From positions 1 to 19,401 of the forward strand of contig JAVKIJ010000060.1 of NCBI GenBank assembly GCA_031459535.1: DNA of 19,401 bases. Direction: 5' to 3'. Shown here piece after piece: positions 1 through 9,177 of the stretch. Every line of letters starts with the position of its first letter. The stretch's first letter is position 1. The DNA is from Candidatus Fervidifonticultor quintus (lineage in GTDB: Bacteria; Sysuimicrobiota; Sysuimicrobiia; Sysuimicrobiales; Humicultoraceae). A program made the position numbers and the translations under genes. Below the pieces are notes generated by a model that had not been told where the DNA came from, did not search any database, and worked only from the letters and a program-made list of their open reading frames with translations.

Positions 1-564
1 CCACCCCACCTGGCCGCCGAGCAGCCGGGCGAGCTGGTCTGCCTGGACACGTTCTACATCGGCAAACTCAAGGGCGTGGGCAAGGTCTGGCAGTACACCG
101 CCTGCGACGCGGCCTGCTCCTACGCCATCGCCGAAGTCGCCACGGAGTTTTCGGCCCAAGCGGCAGCGCGGTTCCTGACCAGACGGGTGCTGCCAGCCTA
201 CCGGGCGGCGGGATGGCTCCTGCAGCGGGTGCTGACCGACGGGGGCAGCGAGTACCGGGGGGCGTTCGATCAGGCGTGCGCCGCCTGGGGAATTCGCCAC
301 ACCCGCACCCGACCCCGGCATGCGTGGACCAATGGCTTCGTGGAGCGCCTGCAAGGGACCATTCTCAGCGAGCTCTGGCGCGTGGAGTTCCGCCGCCGGT
401 TCTTCACCCATGTCCGGTCCCTGCAGGTGGCCCTGGATCGGTACCTCGAGTTCTACAACCACCGCCGACCGCACCTGGGCTACCGCACCAACGGTCGGCC
501 ACCGGCCGAGATGTTCTGGGGTGTGGCCTGGAGGAGAGAGGATGAACAGAGCGCTCATGCGTAA
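1..564 (+). CDS. IS481-family transposase (integrase core, 5'-truncated by the window edge)
   Basis: Frame is open from base 1: PPHLAAEQPGELVCLDTFYIGKLKGVGKVWQYTACD...RVLTDGGSEY...HTRTRPRHAWTNGFVERLQGTIL...YNHRRPHLGY. D, D and E catalytic motifs are LDTF, TDGGSEY and NGFVER. Confidence 0.92.
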   Translation, partial: PPHLAAEQPGELVCLDTFYIGKLKGVGKVWQYTACDAACSYAIAEVATEFSAQAAARFLTRRVLPAYRAAGWLLQRVLTDGGSEYRGAFDQACAAWGIRHTRTRPRHAWTNGFVERLQGTILSELWRVEFRRRFFTHVRSLQVALDRYLEFYNHRRPHLGYRTNGRPPAEMFWGVAWRREDEQSAHA

Positions 565-566
565 TG

Positions 567-592
567 TGTGCACACCATTCCGAAACTGGACA
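567..592. repeat. Putative right terminal inverted repeat of the IS481 element
   Basis: TGTGCACACCATTCCGAAACTGGACA lies just after the transposase stop and ends in ACA. The partner repeat is not in the window. Confidence 0.65.
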
Positions 593-1190
593 TCCTAGAC
601 CATCTTTCCCCAGGCGACGTGTTTGTGGATGTGGGCGCCCATATCGGCTACTGGTCGATCCTCGCGGCCCGCATCATAGGTCCCGAGGGAAAGGTGGTGG
701 CGCTGGAACCAGATCCAGAGGCCGCAGAACTCTGCAGAAGCAATATCCATGCGAATGAGTTATCAGGCATCGTTGACGTTATCCAGGCCGCGGCGTGGAG
801 CACTGAGGGGCAGGTTGAGTTCTCCCGTGCGAACCTCGCAAGCGGCCTCCGAGAGGGGCGGGTCGGCGCGGGCCCTCCGGCGCAGATCATCAGCTTCAAG
901 CGCTGAGGTTGGATGATGTTGTCCCTAGTGCTATTGCAGCACGCCGGACTATTGTCAAAATAGACTTCGAGGGAAACGAGCTAGAGGTTGTCCGGGGCGC
1001 CAGACGGCTTGTTGGGGATTCCCATACGGTGTGGTTCATCGAGGTACATGGTCCGGATCAAGAGGAATCCCTCTTGTCTCTTTTCGGCAGCTCTGGATAC
1101 CGGGTGACCACCGGGGACGATCGCTGCCAGCGGCTCCCTGGCTCGTACCCGCGATACCTGAGGGCATGGCCCGCCAGGGCGATACCGTGA
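593..1190 (+). pseudogene. FkbM-family SAM methyltransferase pseudogene (5' end cut off by the IS; frameshift near 894)
   Basis: Frame 1 gives LSPGDVFVDVGAHIGYWS...KVVALEPDP; frame 3 gives LDD...VKIDFEGNELEVVRGA...WFIEVHG. Adding one base after 894 joins them as ...IS-VQALRLDD, the usual FkbM strand before the KIDxEG motif. Confidence 0.85.
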
Positions 1191-2266
1191 GCCGCTGTCG
1201 AGTGGCGCTCATTGTTGGCCGGAGGGACGAGCCAACCGACGGGGTGTGGGACTACTGCCAGCACCTAATAGCCGCGTGCCGATCCATGGGGGCGCCTGTA
1301 TTCGTGGTACCGGTCGCGTGGCACCGGGTCGGATGGCTCCCGGCACTCCGGGAGCTCCGGAAGCAAATACGAAACACGCGGGCCCGCTGGGCCGTCCTGC
1401 AAGTCACGCACCTGGGGTGGTCGAAGCGCGGCTTCTCCCTGGGGATGTTGGTCCCAGCGTTGGCTGCGCGCAGTGCCGGTGCGCGCGTGGCCGCTGTGAT
1501 CCATGACCCCTTGGGGTTCGGCGGTGCTCGATGGAGAGATCGGGTGCGGACGGCGGTGCAGATCTCGGCGTTGCTGGCCCTGACGAGGATCTCCCACCGC
1601 GTGTTTGTCACCATAGATCCTCGCCTACTGGACTGGGCACGCCGGGCAGCACACAAAGTGCGTTTGCTGCCGGTCGGGTCGAACATCCCCGTCTCGAGCA
1701 ACTGTCAGGGCAACCGGCCAGGCGGAGATGGTCTGGTCATAGCCGTCTTCGGAATCACCGAGGGGCTGAGGGGCGACGGGGAACGGAAGACCATCTTGGA
1801 TACCGCGGCCCAAGCGGCACAGGAGGTCGGTCCGGTGACGGTCGTGGCATTCGGCCGGGGAACAGCACCTACCGACGGCGCCTGGCCTTGGGCGCCGGGT
1901 GTGACCGTGGAAGCCAGAGGCATCGTTGCCTCTGGCGAGGCATCCGGCATCCTGGAAAGGGCCGACGCCATGCTGTTCGTCCGGGGGGGACTCTCTTCTC
2001 GTCGGGGCACAGCGATGGCCGGTATTGCTCACGGCCTGCCCGTGGTCGGGTTCCGCACGGCGGAGACAGGCTGGCCCATGACCGAAGCTGGCGTGGTGCT
2101 CGTGGAACCGGGAGATCAAAGAGGACTCGCAGAGGCCTTGGTGCGGCTCCGGCGAGATCCGGCCTTCGCGGCAGAGCTCCGAGCTCGGAGCCGCCGTGCC
2201 TACGAGAGGTACTTCTCCTGGTCTGCCATCGCGGCCCGGTTCCTGGAGGCGTTGGAGGAGGCATGA
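1187..2266 (+). CDS. Glycosyltransferase, GT-B/GT4-like (359 aa, atypical C-terminal motif)
   Basis: GTG start overlaps the upstream TGA (GTGA). Motifs: PTDGVWDY, LPVGSNIP, SSRRGTAMAGIAHGLPVVG, C-terminal FSWSAIAARF. Confidence 0.82.
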   Translation: MSRCRVALIVGRRDEPTDGVWDYCQHLIAACRSMGAPVFVVPVAWHRVGWLPALRELRKQIRNTRARWAVLQVTHLGWSKRGFSLGMLVPALAARSAGARVAAVIHDPLGFGGARWRDRVRTAVQISALLALTRISHRVFVTIDPRLLDWARRAAHKVRLLPVGSNIPVSSNCQGNRPGGDGLVIAVFGITEGLRGDGERKTILDTAAQAAQEVGPVTVVAFGRGTAPTDGAWPWAPGVTVEARGIVASGEASGILERADAMLFVRGGLSSRRGTAMAGIAHGLPVVGFRTAETGWPMTEAGVVLVEPGDQRGLAEALVRLRRDPAFAAELRARSRRAYERYFSWSAIAARFLEALEEA

Positions 2267-3504
2267 CGGACCAACCCATCAGAGTCCTGCTGGTCTCGAG
2301 CCACCCCGTGCAATACGCCTCCCCGCTCTACCGCCTTTACGCCCGCGACCCGCGTCTCGACGTGACAGTGGCCTACTGTTCGCTTCAGGGGGCGCAGCCC
2401 GGCGTGGACCCGGAGTTCGGCGTGGAGGTGGCCTGGGACGTCCCCCTTCTCGAGGGCTACAGATGGGTGCACCCCCCGAACCGCTCGCCCCGCCCGGGTC
2501 TCAGGGGTTTCTTCGGGCTGGTGAACCCCGGCCTTGCGACGCTCATCTGGCAGGAGCGGCCCGATGTGGTCGTCTGCTACGGCTGGCGGGCGGCGTCGTT
2601 CTGGATCGCCGCCCTGGCCGCGACACTCGCCGGGGCGAAACTTGTCTTCACCACCGACGCCCACACCCTCGAACCGCGGGATGGTCGGCGGGCGAAGGCA
2701 ACCTTGAAGCGCGTGCTCCTCCCCTTGTTCTTCCGGCTCGCCGACGCCGCTTTCGGGCCGTCGTCGAGGACTCTCGCCCTCCTCCGGAGCCTGGGTGTCC
2801 GAGAGGACCGGCTCTTCCTTACCCACTACGTCGTCGACAACCAGTTCTTTGCCGCGGGCGCGGCCGCCGCCGACAGGATTGGAGTTCGGCGCAGGTGGGG
2901 ACTGCCGGAGGACGCGTTCGTCGTGCTCTTCGTGGGTAAGCTCGTGCCCTGGAAGCGCCCTGCCGACGTGCTTGAGGCCGTTGCGCGCGTGCCTGGCGCC
3001 TTCGTGGTTCTGGCGGGAGAGGGTCCGCTCCGGGCCGCGCTTGAGGCGAGAGCCGCACAGCCCGATCTCGCGGGACGAATCCGCTTCCTCGGATTCGTGA
3101 ACCAGCGGGCGCTACCTGAGGTGTACGCGGCCGCCGACGTCCTGGTGCTTCCTTCCGAGTACGAGGCTTTCGGTCTCGTGGTGAACGAGGCGTTCTGCTG
3201 CGGTCTTCCGGCGATCGTCACCGAAGCCTGCGGGGCTGCGGGAGATCTGGTCAGGGACGGTGAGACGGGCTACATCGTTCCCGTCGGAGATGTGGACGCT
3301 CTCGCCGATCGCCTGCGGCGCCTCGCGGCCGACCCCGACCTGCGGCGCGCGCTGGGCGCCGCAGCCCGCTCGAGGATGGACGAATGGGGCCCCGAGCAGA
3401 ACGCCCACGCCTTCGCCGACGCCTGTCTCACACTAACGGGCCGCCAGAGCCTGAGTACGCACTCATCCAGGAGCGCAATTCGGAGCAGGGTCTCCAAGCC
3501 GTGA
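2263..3504 (+). CDS. GT4 glycosyltransferase (413 aa)
   Basis: ATGA overlap with GGAGG RBS. Motifs: SHPVQYASPLYR, VLFVGKLVPWKRP, LGFVNQ, EAFGLVVNEAFCCGLP (Ex7E). Confidence 0.92.
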   Translation: MTDQPIRVLLVSSHPVQYASPLYRLYARDPRLDVTVAYCSLQGAQPGVDPEFGVEVAWDVPLLEGYRWVHPPNRSPRPGLRGFFGLVNPGLATLIWQERPDVVVCYGWRAASFWIAALAATLAGAKLVFTTDAHTLEPRDGRRAKATLKRVLLPLFFRLADAAFGPSSRTLALLRSLGVREDRLFLTHYVVDNQFFAAGAAAADRIGVRRRWGLPEDAFVVLFVGKLVPWKRPADVLEAVARVPGAFVVLAGEGPLRAALEARAAQPDLAGRIRFLGFVNQRALPEVYAAADVLVLPSEYEAFGLVVNEAFCCGLPAIVTEACGAAGDLVRDGETGYIVPVGDVDALADRLRRLAADPDLRRALGAAARSRMDEWGPEQNAHAFADACLTLTGRQSLSTHSSRSAIRSRVSKP

Positions 3505-4661
3505 AGGTCCTCATCTATGCCCATGCATTTGCTCCGCTTGTGGGAGGGGCGGAGACTTACGTGATGCATATCGCTCGCGGGCTGGCAGCTGGCGGGGTCG
3601 AAGCACCTTCATTCGAAGTGACGGTGGCCACTCCGACTCCGGCGGGGGATTTCGACGACACGCGCCTCCCCTTCCGGGTAGAGCGCCGGCCGAGCCCGAA
3701 GTCGCTCTTCGCGCTGGTCCGTTGGGCCGACGTAGTGCTGCTGGCCGGTCCGGCGTTCCTTCCCCTGCTGTTGGCCCTGCTCGCGCGCCGGCCTGTGCTC
3801 GTGGAGCACCACGGGTATCAGGCGGTTTGCCCGAACGGCCTGCTCTTCGAAGAACCGCGCAAGGGCATCTGCCCGGGCCACTTCATGGCACGACGGTACC
3901 ACCACTGCTTCCGGTGTGTGCGTGCCACCTCCGGTCCGGTCGTCGCCGCGCTCAAGCTCCTTGCGACCTTCCCGCGCCGGTGGATGCTCTCGAAGGTCGC
4001 CGCAAACCTCGCCATTACCCGGCATGTGGCGGACCGGGTCAGGCTGCCGAAGACTCGGGTCGTCTACCACGGCGTACCCATACCGGAGGCGGCAGGCGAT
4101 GGAGTGGCGGGAGGTACGCCCACGTTCGCCTACCTCGGCCGATTGGTGAGCGAGAAGGGCCTGCACCTGCTTCTGGAAGCGGCGAAGTCGCTCGCCGACC
4201 AGGGGATGCGGTTTCGCGTGAAGTTCATTGGGGACGGTCCTGAGCGGCGGCGGCTGGAGGTTCTTACGGACACGCTCGGGCTTCGCCCCATGGTCTGCTT
4301 CACCGGCTTCCTCCACGGCGCGGCGCTGGAGGAGGAGATGCGCGGGGTCACGGCCCTGGTCATGCCCTCAGTATGGGAGGAGACGGCGGGTCTGGCGGCC
4401 ATGGAGCAGATGGCGCGGGGACGGCCGGTCATCGCCGCGGACGTCGGGGGGTTGGGCGAGGTGGTGGGTGACGCCGGGCTCAAGTTCCAGGCCGGAGACG
4501 CGACGGCCCTGGCGGTCTGTATGAGGCAGGTGCTCGAGGCCCCGCAGCGTGCTGCGAGATTGGGCCGGTTGGGCCGGGAGCGGGCAGTGCGGATGTTTGC
4601 GCTGGAGCGCATGGTCGAAGACCACAGGCGGATTATAGCCCAGGTCGCGCGCGGGGGTTGA
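3501..4661 (+). CDS. GT4 glycosyltransferase with a Cys/His-rich insert (386 aa)
   Basis: GTGA overlap. Motifs: FAPLVGGAETY, YLGRLVSEKGL, ETAGLAAMEQMARGRPVIA (Ex7E). Insert carries C-x13-C-x11-C-x2-C. Confidence 0.9.
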   Translation: MKVLIYAHAFAPLVGGAETYVMHIARGLAAGGVEAPSFEVTVATPTPAGDFDDTRLPFRVERRPSPKSLFALVRWADVVLLAGPAFLPLLLALLARRPVLVEHHGYQAVCPNGLLFEEPRKGICPGHFMARRYHHCFRCVRATSGPVVAALKLLATFPRRWMLSKVAANLAITRHVADRVRLPKTRVVYHGVPIPEAAGDGVAGGTPTFAYLGRLVSEKGLHLLLEAAKSLADQGMRFRVKFIGDGPERRRLEVLTDTLGLRPMVCFTGFLHGAALEEEMRGVTALVMPSVWEETAGLAAMEQMARGRPVIAADVGGLGEVVGDAGLKFQAGDATALAVCMRQVLEAPQRAARLGRLGRERAVRMFALERMVEDHRRIIAQVARGG

Positions 4662-6178
4662 AGGCGGCTGTGGCCGTCGTTCGACCTGCGCAGCACCGGG
4701 TTCCGCCGGCCGCTTTCGTGGCCGGCGCGGCGTGTGCGCTGGCTGTCGCCGGCACGGCGGCCATAACCGGACAAGGGCTGCCGGTGCCGTCGATCGCCCT
4801 ACCGGCGGTCTTCGCCGGGGCCCTGGGGGCGGTGGTCCTGGCGAACTGGCGGGCGGGTGTTTACCTGTTCCTGGCCTGGCTGGTCGTCGAGGACCTCCCC
4901 CGCAAGTTCCTGGGCAACGATATGCGCCTGTACTTCGCCAAGGACGTACTCGCCCTTATCCTGTACCTGGCCTTTTGGGCCCGGAGCCTGCGAGGGAGGG
5001 AGACGCGGCCATCTTTCCGCTTTCTTGCGCCCCTGATTGTCTTCGCCGCCTGGGGCCTGGTGCAGGTCTTCAACCCCAGGTCCCCGAGCCCCGTCTACGG
5101 CCTCCTGGGCCTGCGCATGTACTTCTTTTACGTTCCGATGCTCTTCGTGGGGTACGCGCTCGTCCGCAGCGAGCGGGACCTCCGCCGGTTCCTCGTGTTC
5201 AACCTGGCACTGGCAGCGGTGGTCGCCGGGCTGGGCATCGCCCAGGGCATCGTGGGACTCGACTTCCTCAACCCCGGGGAGCTGGCCCCCGAACTCCACC
5301 TGGCCCGCCTGGTCCGGCAGGCTCCGATCACCGGCGCGCTCGTCCCCCGGCCCACGTCGGTCTTCGTCAGCGACGGACGGTTCGCCTGGTACATGCTGGT
5401 CGCGTTCCTGCTGGGGGTGGGAGGGACGGCTTGCGCGCTGGCCCGCCGGGACCTGAGAGGTCTGATGCTGGCTGCGACTACGGGCGTCGTCGCCGCGGCC
5501 ATCGTCGTGAGCGGCTCCCGGGGCACGTTCATGTACGCCCTGGGAAGCACCGCGGTCCTCGCGGCGGCGCTGCAGTGGGGTGCCTCCCGCCCGCTGCGGG
5601 GACGCGTGATGAAGGGTACCCAGCTCGTCCTGCTCGCGATCGGGCTCGGCATCGTGCTCGTCCTCGTCCTCTTTCCGGAGGCGGTGGGGGCCCGGTGGGC
5701 GTTCTATTACGAGACCATCGCGCCCTGGAATCCGAGCTCGGAACTGGCCTGGCGCGTGTGGGGCTACCCCGTTAGCAACCTCCTGGCCGCTTTCAGTCTT
5801 CCCGGCTGGCTCCTCGGATACGGCATCGGGACCTCGTCCCTGGGAGTACAGTACGTCACAGGCCTCCTCGGCCTGCCCGCACTCGAGATCGGCGTGGAGA
5901 GCGGCTACGGGACGCTGATCCTGGAGCTGGGCATTCTGGGGCCGCTGCTGTGGCTGCTGTGGACGACCGCGCTTGTGCGAGAGGGCTGGGCGGTCCTCCG
6001 ACGGCTGCGGGGGTCGGCGCTGTTCCCAGTGGGAGCCGCCGTTCTATGGTTCGCGTTCCTCCTGCTCTTCCCATTCACGCTTGGGGGGATGCAGCCCTAC
6101 CAGAATTTCATTTTCAACGCCTATCTGTGGCTGCTGCTCGGGATACTCTTCCGGCTGCCGGCCCTGGTTCGTCGCTAA
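4658..6178 (+). CDS. Polytopic membrane protein, Wzy polymerase / O-antigen ligase-like (506 aa)
   Basis: Many hydrophobic segments; SGSRG motif; loop GYGIGT...ESGYGTLILELGILG resembling the Wzy_C/WaaL region; sits among glycosyltransferases; TTGA overlap with the upstream stop. Confidence 0.72.
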   Translation: MKAAVAVVRPAQHRVPPAAFVAGAACALAVAGTAAITGQGLPVPSIALPAVFAGALGAVVLANWRAGVYLFLAWLVVEDLPRKFLGNDMRLYFAKDVLALILYLAFWARSLRGRETRPSFRFLAPLIVFAAWGLVQVFNPRSPSPVYGLLGLRMYFFYVPMLFVGYALVRSERDLRRFLVFNLALAAVVAGLGIAQGIVGLDFLNPGELAPELHLARLVRQAPITGALVPRPTSVFVSDGRFAWYMLVAFLLGVGGTACALARRDLRGLMLAATTGVVAAAIVVSGSRGTFMYALGSTAVLAAALQWGASRPLRGRVMKGTQLVLLAIGLGIVLVLVLFPEAVGARWAFYYETIAPWNPSSELAWRVWGYPVSNLLAAFSLPGWLLGYGIGTSSLGVQYVTGLLGLPALEIGVESGYGTLILELGILGPLLWLLWTTALVREGWAVLRRLRGSALFPVGAAVLWFAFLLLFPFTLGGMQPYQNFIFNAYLWLLLGILFRLPALVRR

Positions 6179-6182
6179 ACCC

Positions 6183-6857
6183 ATGTCCGAATCTCCCATT
6201 CTCGAAAAGCGAACGATCGGCGGTCTGCACGATTTCCTGGTCCGCGAAATCTTCCCGAGGTATGCGAAAGCGGGCCAGCGTGCTGTGGATCTCGGTGCCG
6301 GCAGCGGTGCGCTGGCAGTTCGTCTTTGTGAACTCGGTCTGGCGGTGCTGGCGGTGGACATCGACGCTGAGGGCTTCAAGGCACCAGTCCCCTTCCGCCG
6401 GCTGGACTTGAACGATGTCGGCTTCGCGGCCGCCATACTCGATGGAGGTGGCTTCGACCTCGTGACGGCGGTCGAAGTGATGGAACACCTTGAGAGTCCG
6501 ATCAACTTTCTGCGGAATGTTCGAAGGTTGTTGCATCCGGAGGGCGTGGCGATCGTGACGACCCCAAACGTCGACAACCTTCCGGCGCGTGTCAAGTTCC
6601 TGCTGCGAGGGCGTCTGCGCGGCCTGGACGAAGCTGGCGAACGAACCCACATCACCCCGATCTTCTGGGACCTCTTGACTCGTCAGTGGCTTCCCCGCGC
6701 GGGGCTGCGGCTGGTGGAGCACGTTGTGTTCCCCCCTGGCGGGTACAAGTTGACACGACCTGAATACGCCTGGGCGTTCTGGCTCGCCGCCCGAATCTTC
6801 GGTGGGGATTGCTTGCTGGGCGATACCCATGTCTTCGTCCTTCAGAGAAGCGACTGA
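6183..6857 (+). CDS. Class I SAM-dependent methyltransferase (224 aa)
   Basis: Motif I VDLGAGSG, then LAVDID, FDLVTAVEVMEHL and LHPEGVAIVTTPN. ATG lies 4 nt after the upstream stop. Confidence 0.9.
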   Translation: MSESPILEKRTIGGLHDFLVREIFPRYAKAGQRAVDLGAGSGALAVRLCELGLAVLAVDIDAEGFKAPVPFRRLDLNDVGFAAAILDGGGFDLVTAVEVMEHLESPINFLRNVRRLLHPEGVAIVTTPNVDNLPARVKFLLRGRLRGLDEAGERTHITPIFWDLLTRQWLPRAGLRLVEHVVFPPGGYKLTRPEYAWAFWLAARIFGGDCLLGDTHVFVLQRSD

Positions 6858-6864
6858 GCGGAAA

Positions 6865-9177
6865 ATGCCGAGGCGCCGCCTGCGGGTGTGGGTCGTCACT
6901 CCTGAGCTCCACCGCCATGGCGGCACGGAGAGGTGTCTCGCCGAGCTGGTCGAGCGCTGGCGGGATAGGTTCGACCTGCGACTCTATACCATGCGGGCAG
7001 ATGGCGTAGACCTGACCGGCATTCCGGTGCGGCGTATTCCGTGGCTTCCCGGGCCGCACTTGGTGCGCTACATCTGGTGGTACGTCGCCAACACTATCCT
7101 CCGGCGGTGGGACGCGCTTCGCCTGGGCGCACCCGACGTGGTCCACTCGCCGGGTGTCAACTGCCCCGACGCCGATTCGATGAGCGTACACATTGTTTTC
7201 GCCAAGTACTGGGAGCGTACAGGGCCCGCCACCTGGCGCAGCCTCCTCCGTCGGCGGACGGCTGCGCGCGCGGCTCACCGCATTCTGTACTGGGCGCTCG
7301 TGCGGCGGCTGGAGCGCGTAGCGTATTCGGGTGCGGCGACGATTTGGGCCATCTCCCGGGAGGACGCGCGGGAACTGGAGAATCGGTTCAACCGCCCCCC
7401 GGGGACCGTCGTGGCGATCCCCCACGGTGTGGACGCACGCATCTTCTCCCCGGATGCCCGAGTCCAGCGCCGTGCCGCGGCCCGAGCCCGGATGGGGCTT
7501 GGCGCCGAGCGGGTCTTGCTACTGGTGGGCAATGACGCCGTCAAGAAGGGTGTCGACACTGCGGTCCGGGCGCTGGCGTCCCTGCCGCCCGACGTCGTGC
7601 TGGCCGTGGCCGGGCGGGTGGACGCGGACCTGGTGAAGCGTTGGTCAAGAGAAGCAGGCGTGGCCGACCGGGTGCGCCTGTGGCCGCACAATCCCGAGGT
7701 GCTTGACTACTACGCGGCGGCTGACGTCTTCATCGCCCCGTCGCGGGAGGACGCCTTCCATCTGCCTGCCATGGAGGCCCTCGCCTGCGGCCTGCCGGAC
7801 GTGGTCAGCGCAAAGACCGGCGCCGCGGAATTGATGGAGGACGGGCGTCACGCCCTCGTTCTTCGCGATCCCGAAGACAGTTCCGCGCTGGCAGTGCTCG
7901 TGCGGTGTATCCTCGACGACTCCTCGCTGGCTGAGCGTCTCGGGCGCGAGGGTCGGGCTCTGGCCGAGCGCCTTTCCTGGGATGCCAATGCGGAGCGGGC
8001 GGCGGCTCTTCTCGAGCGTGAGACTACCACGCCCCGCGTGCTCGTTCTGGCGCCACATGCCTGGGGGACGGGCGGGATCGAGCGGTGCACCCGCACCCTC
8101 GTGCGGGCGCTGGCCGACCTCTACGGCGCCGAGCGCATCGGGCTACTGTCCGTCTGGGGCGGACCAGGAGTTCTTCCCTGCCGCGTCCTGTGGAAGGGGC
8201 CTGAGGCGAGGGGCGCCGGAAGGGTCCCCTGGACGGTCAAGGTGCGTTTCGTGCTCGCCGCCGCGCGGCTGGCCCGCAGGTGGCGTCGCCGTCTGGTCGT
8301 GGTGGCCTGCCACCCGCATCTGGCGCCCGTCGCGTGGCTGGCCGCGCGGGCTGCTGGAGCGCGGTGGGCGGTGTGGTGCCATGGCAGGGAAGTGTGGCGG
8401 CCAGTGCGGCCGGCGGTGCGCGCCGCGCTGCGGCGGGCCGACCTTGTGGTCGCCCCCAGCCGGTTTACCGCCGGCCTGCTCGAGCGGATGCACCGAGTCC
8501 CACCTGCGCGCCTCGCCGTGCTGCCCCACGCGTTGCCACCCGACCTGCCCCTGGCGGAGGCAGGCGTGGCGGGGGGCGCGACCGCGGGTGAGGGGGGCCT
8601 CCGGGTTCTGACGGTAGCCCGCCTGGTTCCCGAGCATGCTTACAAGGGCGTGGACACGCTGCTGGCTGCGTGGCCGCTGGTGCTGCGCTCGGTTCCCGAG
8701 GCCGAGCTGGTCGTGGTGGGCGACGGGCCCGACCGCCCGCGCCTGGAGCGCGAGGCCGCTCGTCTAGTGCTCGACGGCCGCGTGCGGTTCGCCGGCCATC
8801 TCGACGACCGGGCTTTGGCGGAGGCCTACACGCAGGCGGCCGTCTTCGCGCTGCCTGCGCGCACGCGAGTCGGGCGCGGGGCGGCCGGCGAGGGCTTCGG
8901 CCTCGTGTTCCTGGAGGCCGCGGCCGCCGGCCTTCCGGTCGTCGCCGGAAACGGCGGCGCCATTCCGGAAGTCGTGCGCGACGGCGAGACCGGCCTGCTC
9001 GTGGATCCCGAGTCCCCGGAAGCGGTGGCCGCGGCCATCGTCAGGCTGCTCCGCGATCCCGACCTCGCGCGGCGCCTGGGCGAGGCGGGCAGGCGGTTGG
9101 CGCGGGAGGAGTTTTCCTACGAGCGCTTTCGCGAGCGGCTGGCCGGGCTGATCGAGGGGTTGCGGCGTCCGGCATGA
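6865..9177 (+). CDS. Double GT4 glycosyltransferase fusion (770 aa)
   Basis: Two complete GT-B units. First: GGTERC...KKGVD...EDAFHLPAMEALACGLP. Second, from about 8035: GGIERC...YKGVD...EGFGLVFLEAAAAGLPVV. Confidence 0.9.
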   Translation: MPRRRLRVWVVTPELHRHGGTERCLAELVERWRDRFDLRLYTMRADGVDLTGIPVRRIPWLPGPHLVRYIWWYVANTILRRWDALRLGAPDVVHSPGVNCPDADSMSVHIVFAKYWERTGPATWRSLLRRRTAARAAHRILYWALVRRLERVAYSGAATIWAISREDARELENRFNRPPGTVVAIPHGVDARIFSPDARVQRRAAARARMGLGAERVLLLVGNDAVKKGVDTAVRALASLPPDVVLAVAGRVDADLVKRWSREAGVADRVRLWPHNPEVLDYYAAADVFIAPSREDAFHLPAMEALACGLPDVVSAKTGAAELMEDGRHALVLRDPEDSSALAVLVRCILDDSSLAERLGREGRALAERLSWDANAERAAALLERETTTPRVLVLAPHAWGTGGIERCTRTLVRALADLYGAERIGLLSVWGGPGVLPCRVLWKGPEARGAGRVPWTVKVRFVLAAARLARRWRRRLVVVACHPHLAPVAWLAARAAGARWAVWCHGREVWRPVRPAVRAALRRADLVVAPSRFTAGLLERMHRVPPARLAVLPHALPPDLPLAEAGVAGGATAGEGGLRVLTVARLVPEHAYKGVDTLLAAWPLVLRSVPEAELVVVGDGPDRPRLEREAARLVLDGRVRFAGHLDDRALAEAYTQAAVFALPARTRVGRGAAGEGFGLVFLEAAAAGLPVVAGNGGAIPEVVRDGETGLLVDPESPEAVAAAIVRLLRDPDLARRLGEAGRRLAREEFSYERFRERLAGLIEGLRRPA

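Larger units (their letters stand above)
1..592 (+). mobile_element. IS481-family insertion sequence, right-hand part (left end lies outside the window)
   Basis: DDE integrase-core transposase followed by a 26-bp end ending in ...CTGGACA (TGT on the reverse strand), matching the TGT...ACA termini typical of IS481. Unrelated FkbM coding sequence resumes directly after 592. Confidence 0.85.

Noticed and set aside
568-906. 112-aa ORF as an independent gene
   Set aside because: Its GTG lies inside the IS terminal repeat; it is the first half of the broken FkbM.
890-910. Programmed -1 frameshift in FkbM
   Set aside because: There is no X XXY YYZ slippery heptamer or homopolymer run, and the gene is already truncated by the IS; a simple deletion is more likely.
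1531-2262. Long N-terminal extensions in the ORF track (also 1031, 3384, 5973, 6802, 8670, 16409)
   Set aside because: They overlap upstream genes in another frame and are low-complexity Arg/Gly/Pro. Starts at stop-codon overlaps or RBSs give normal family lengths.
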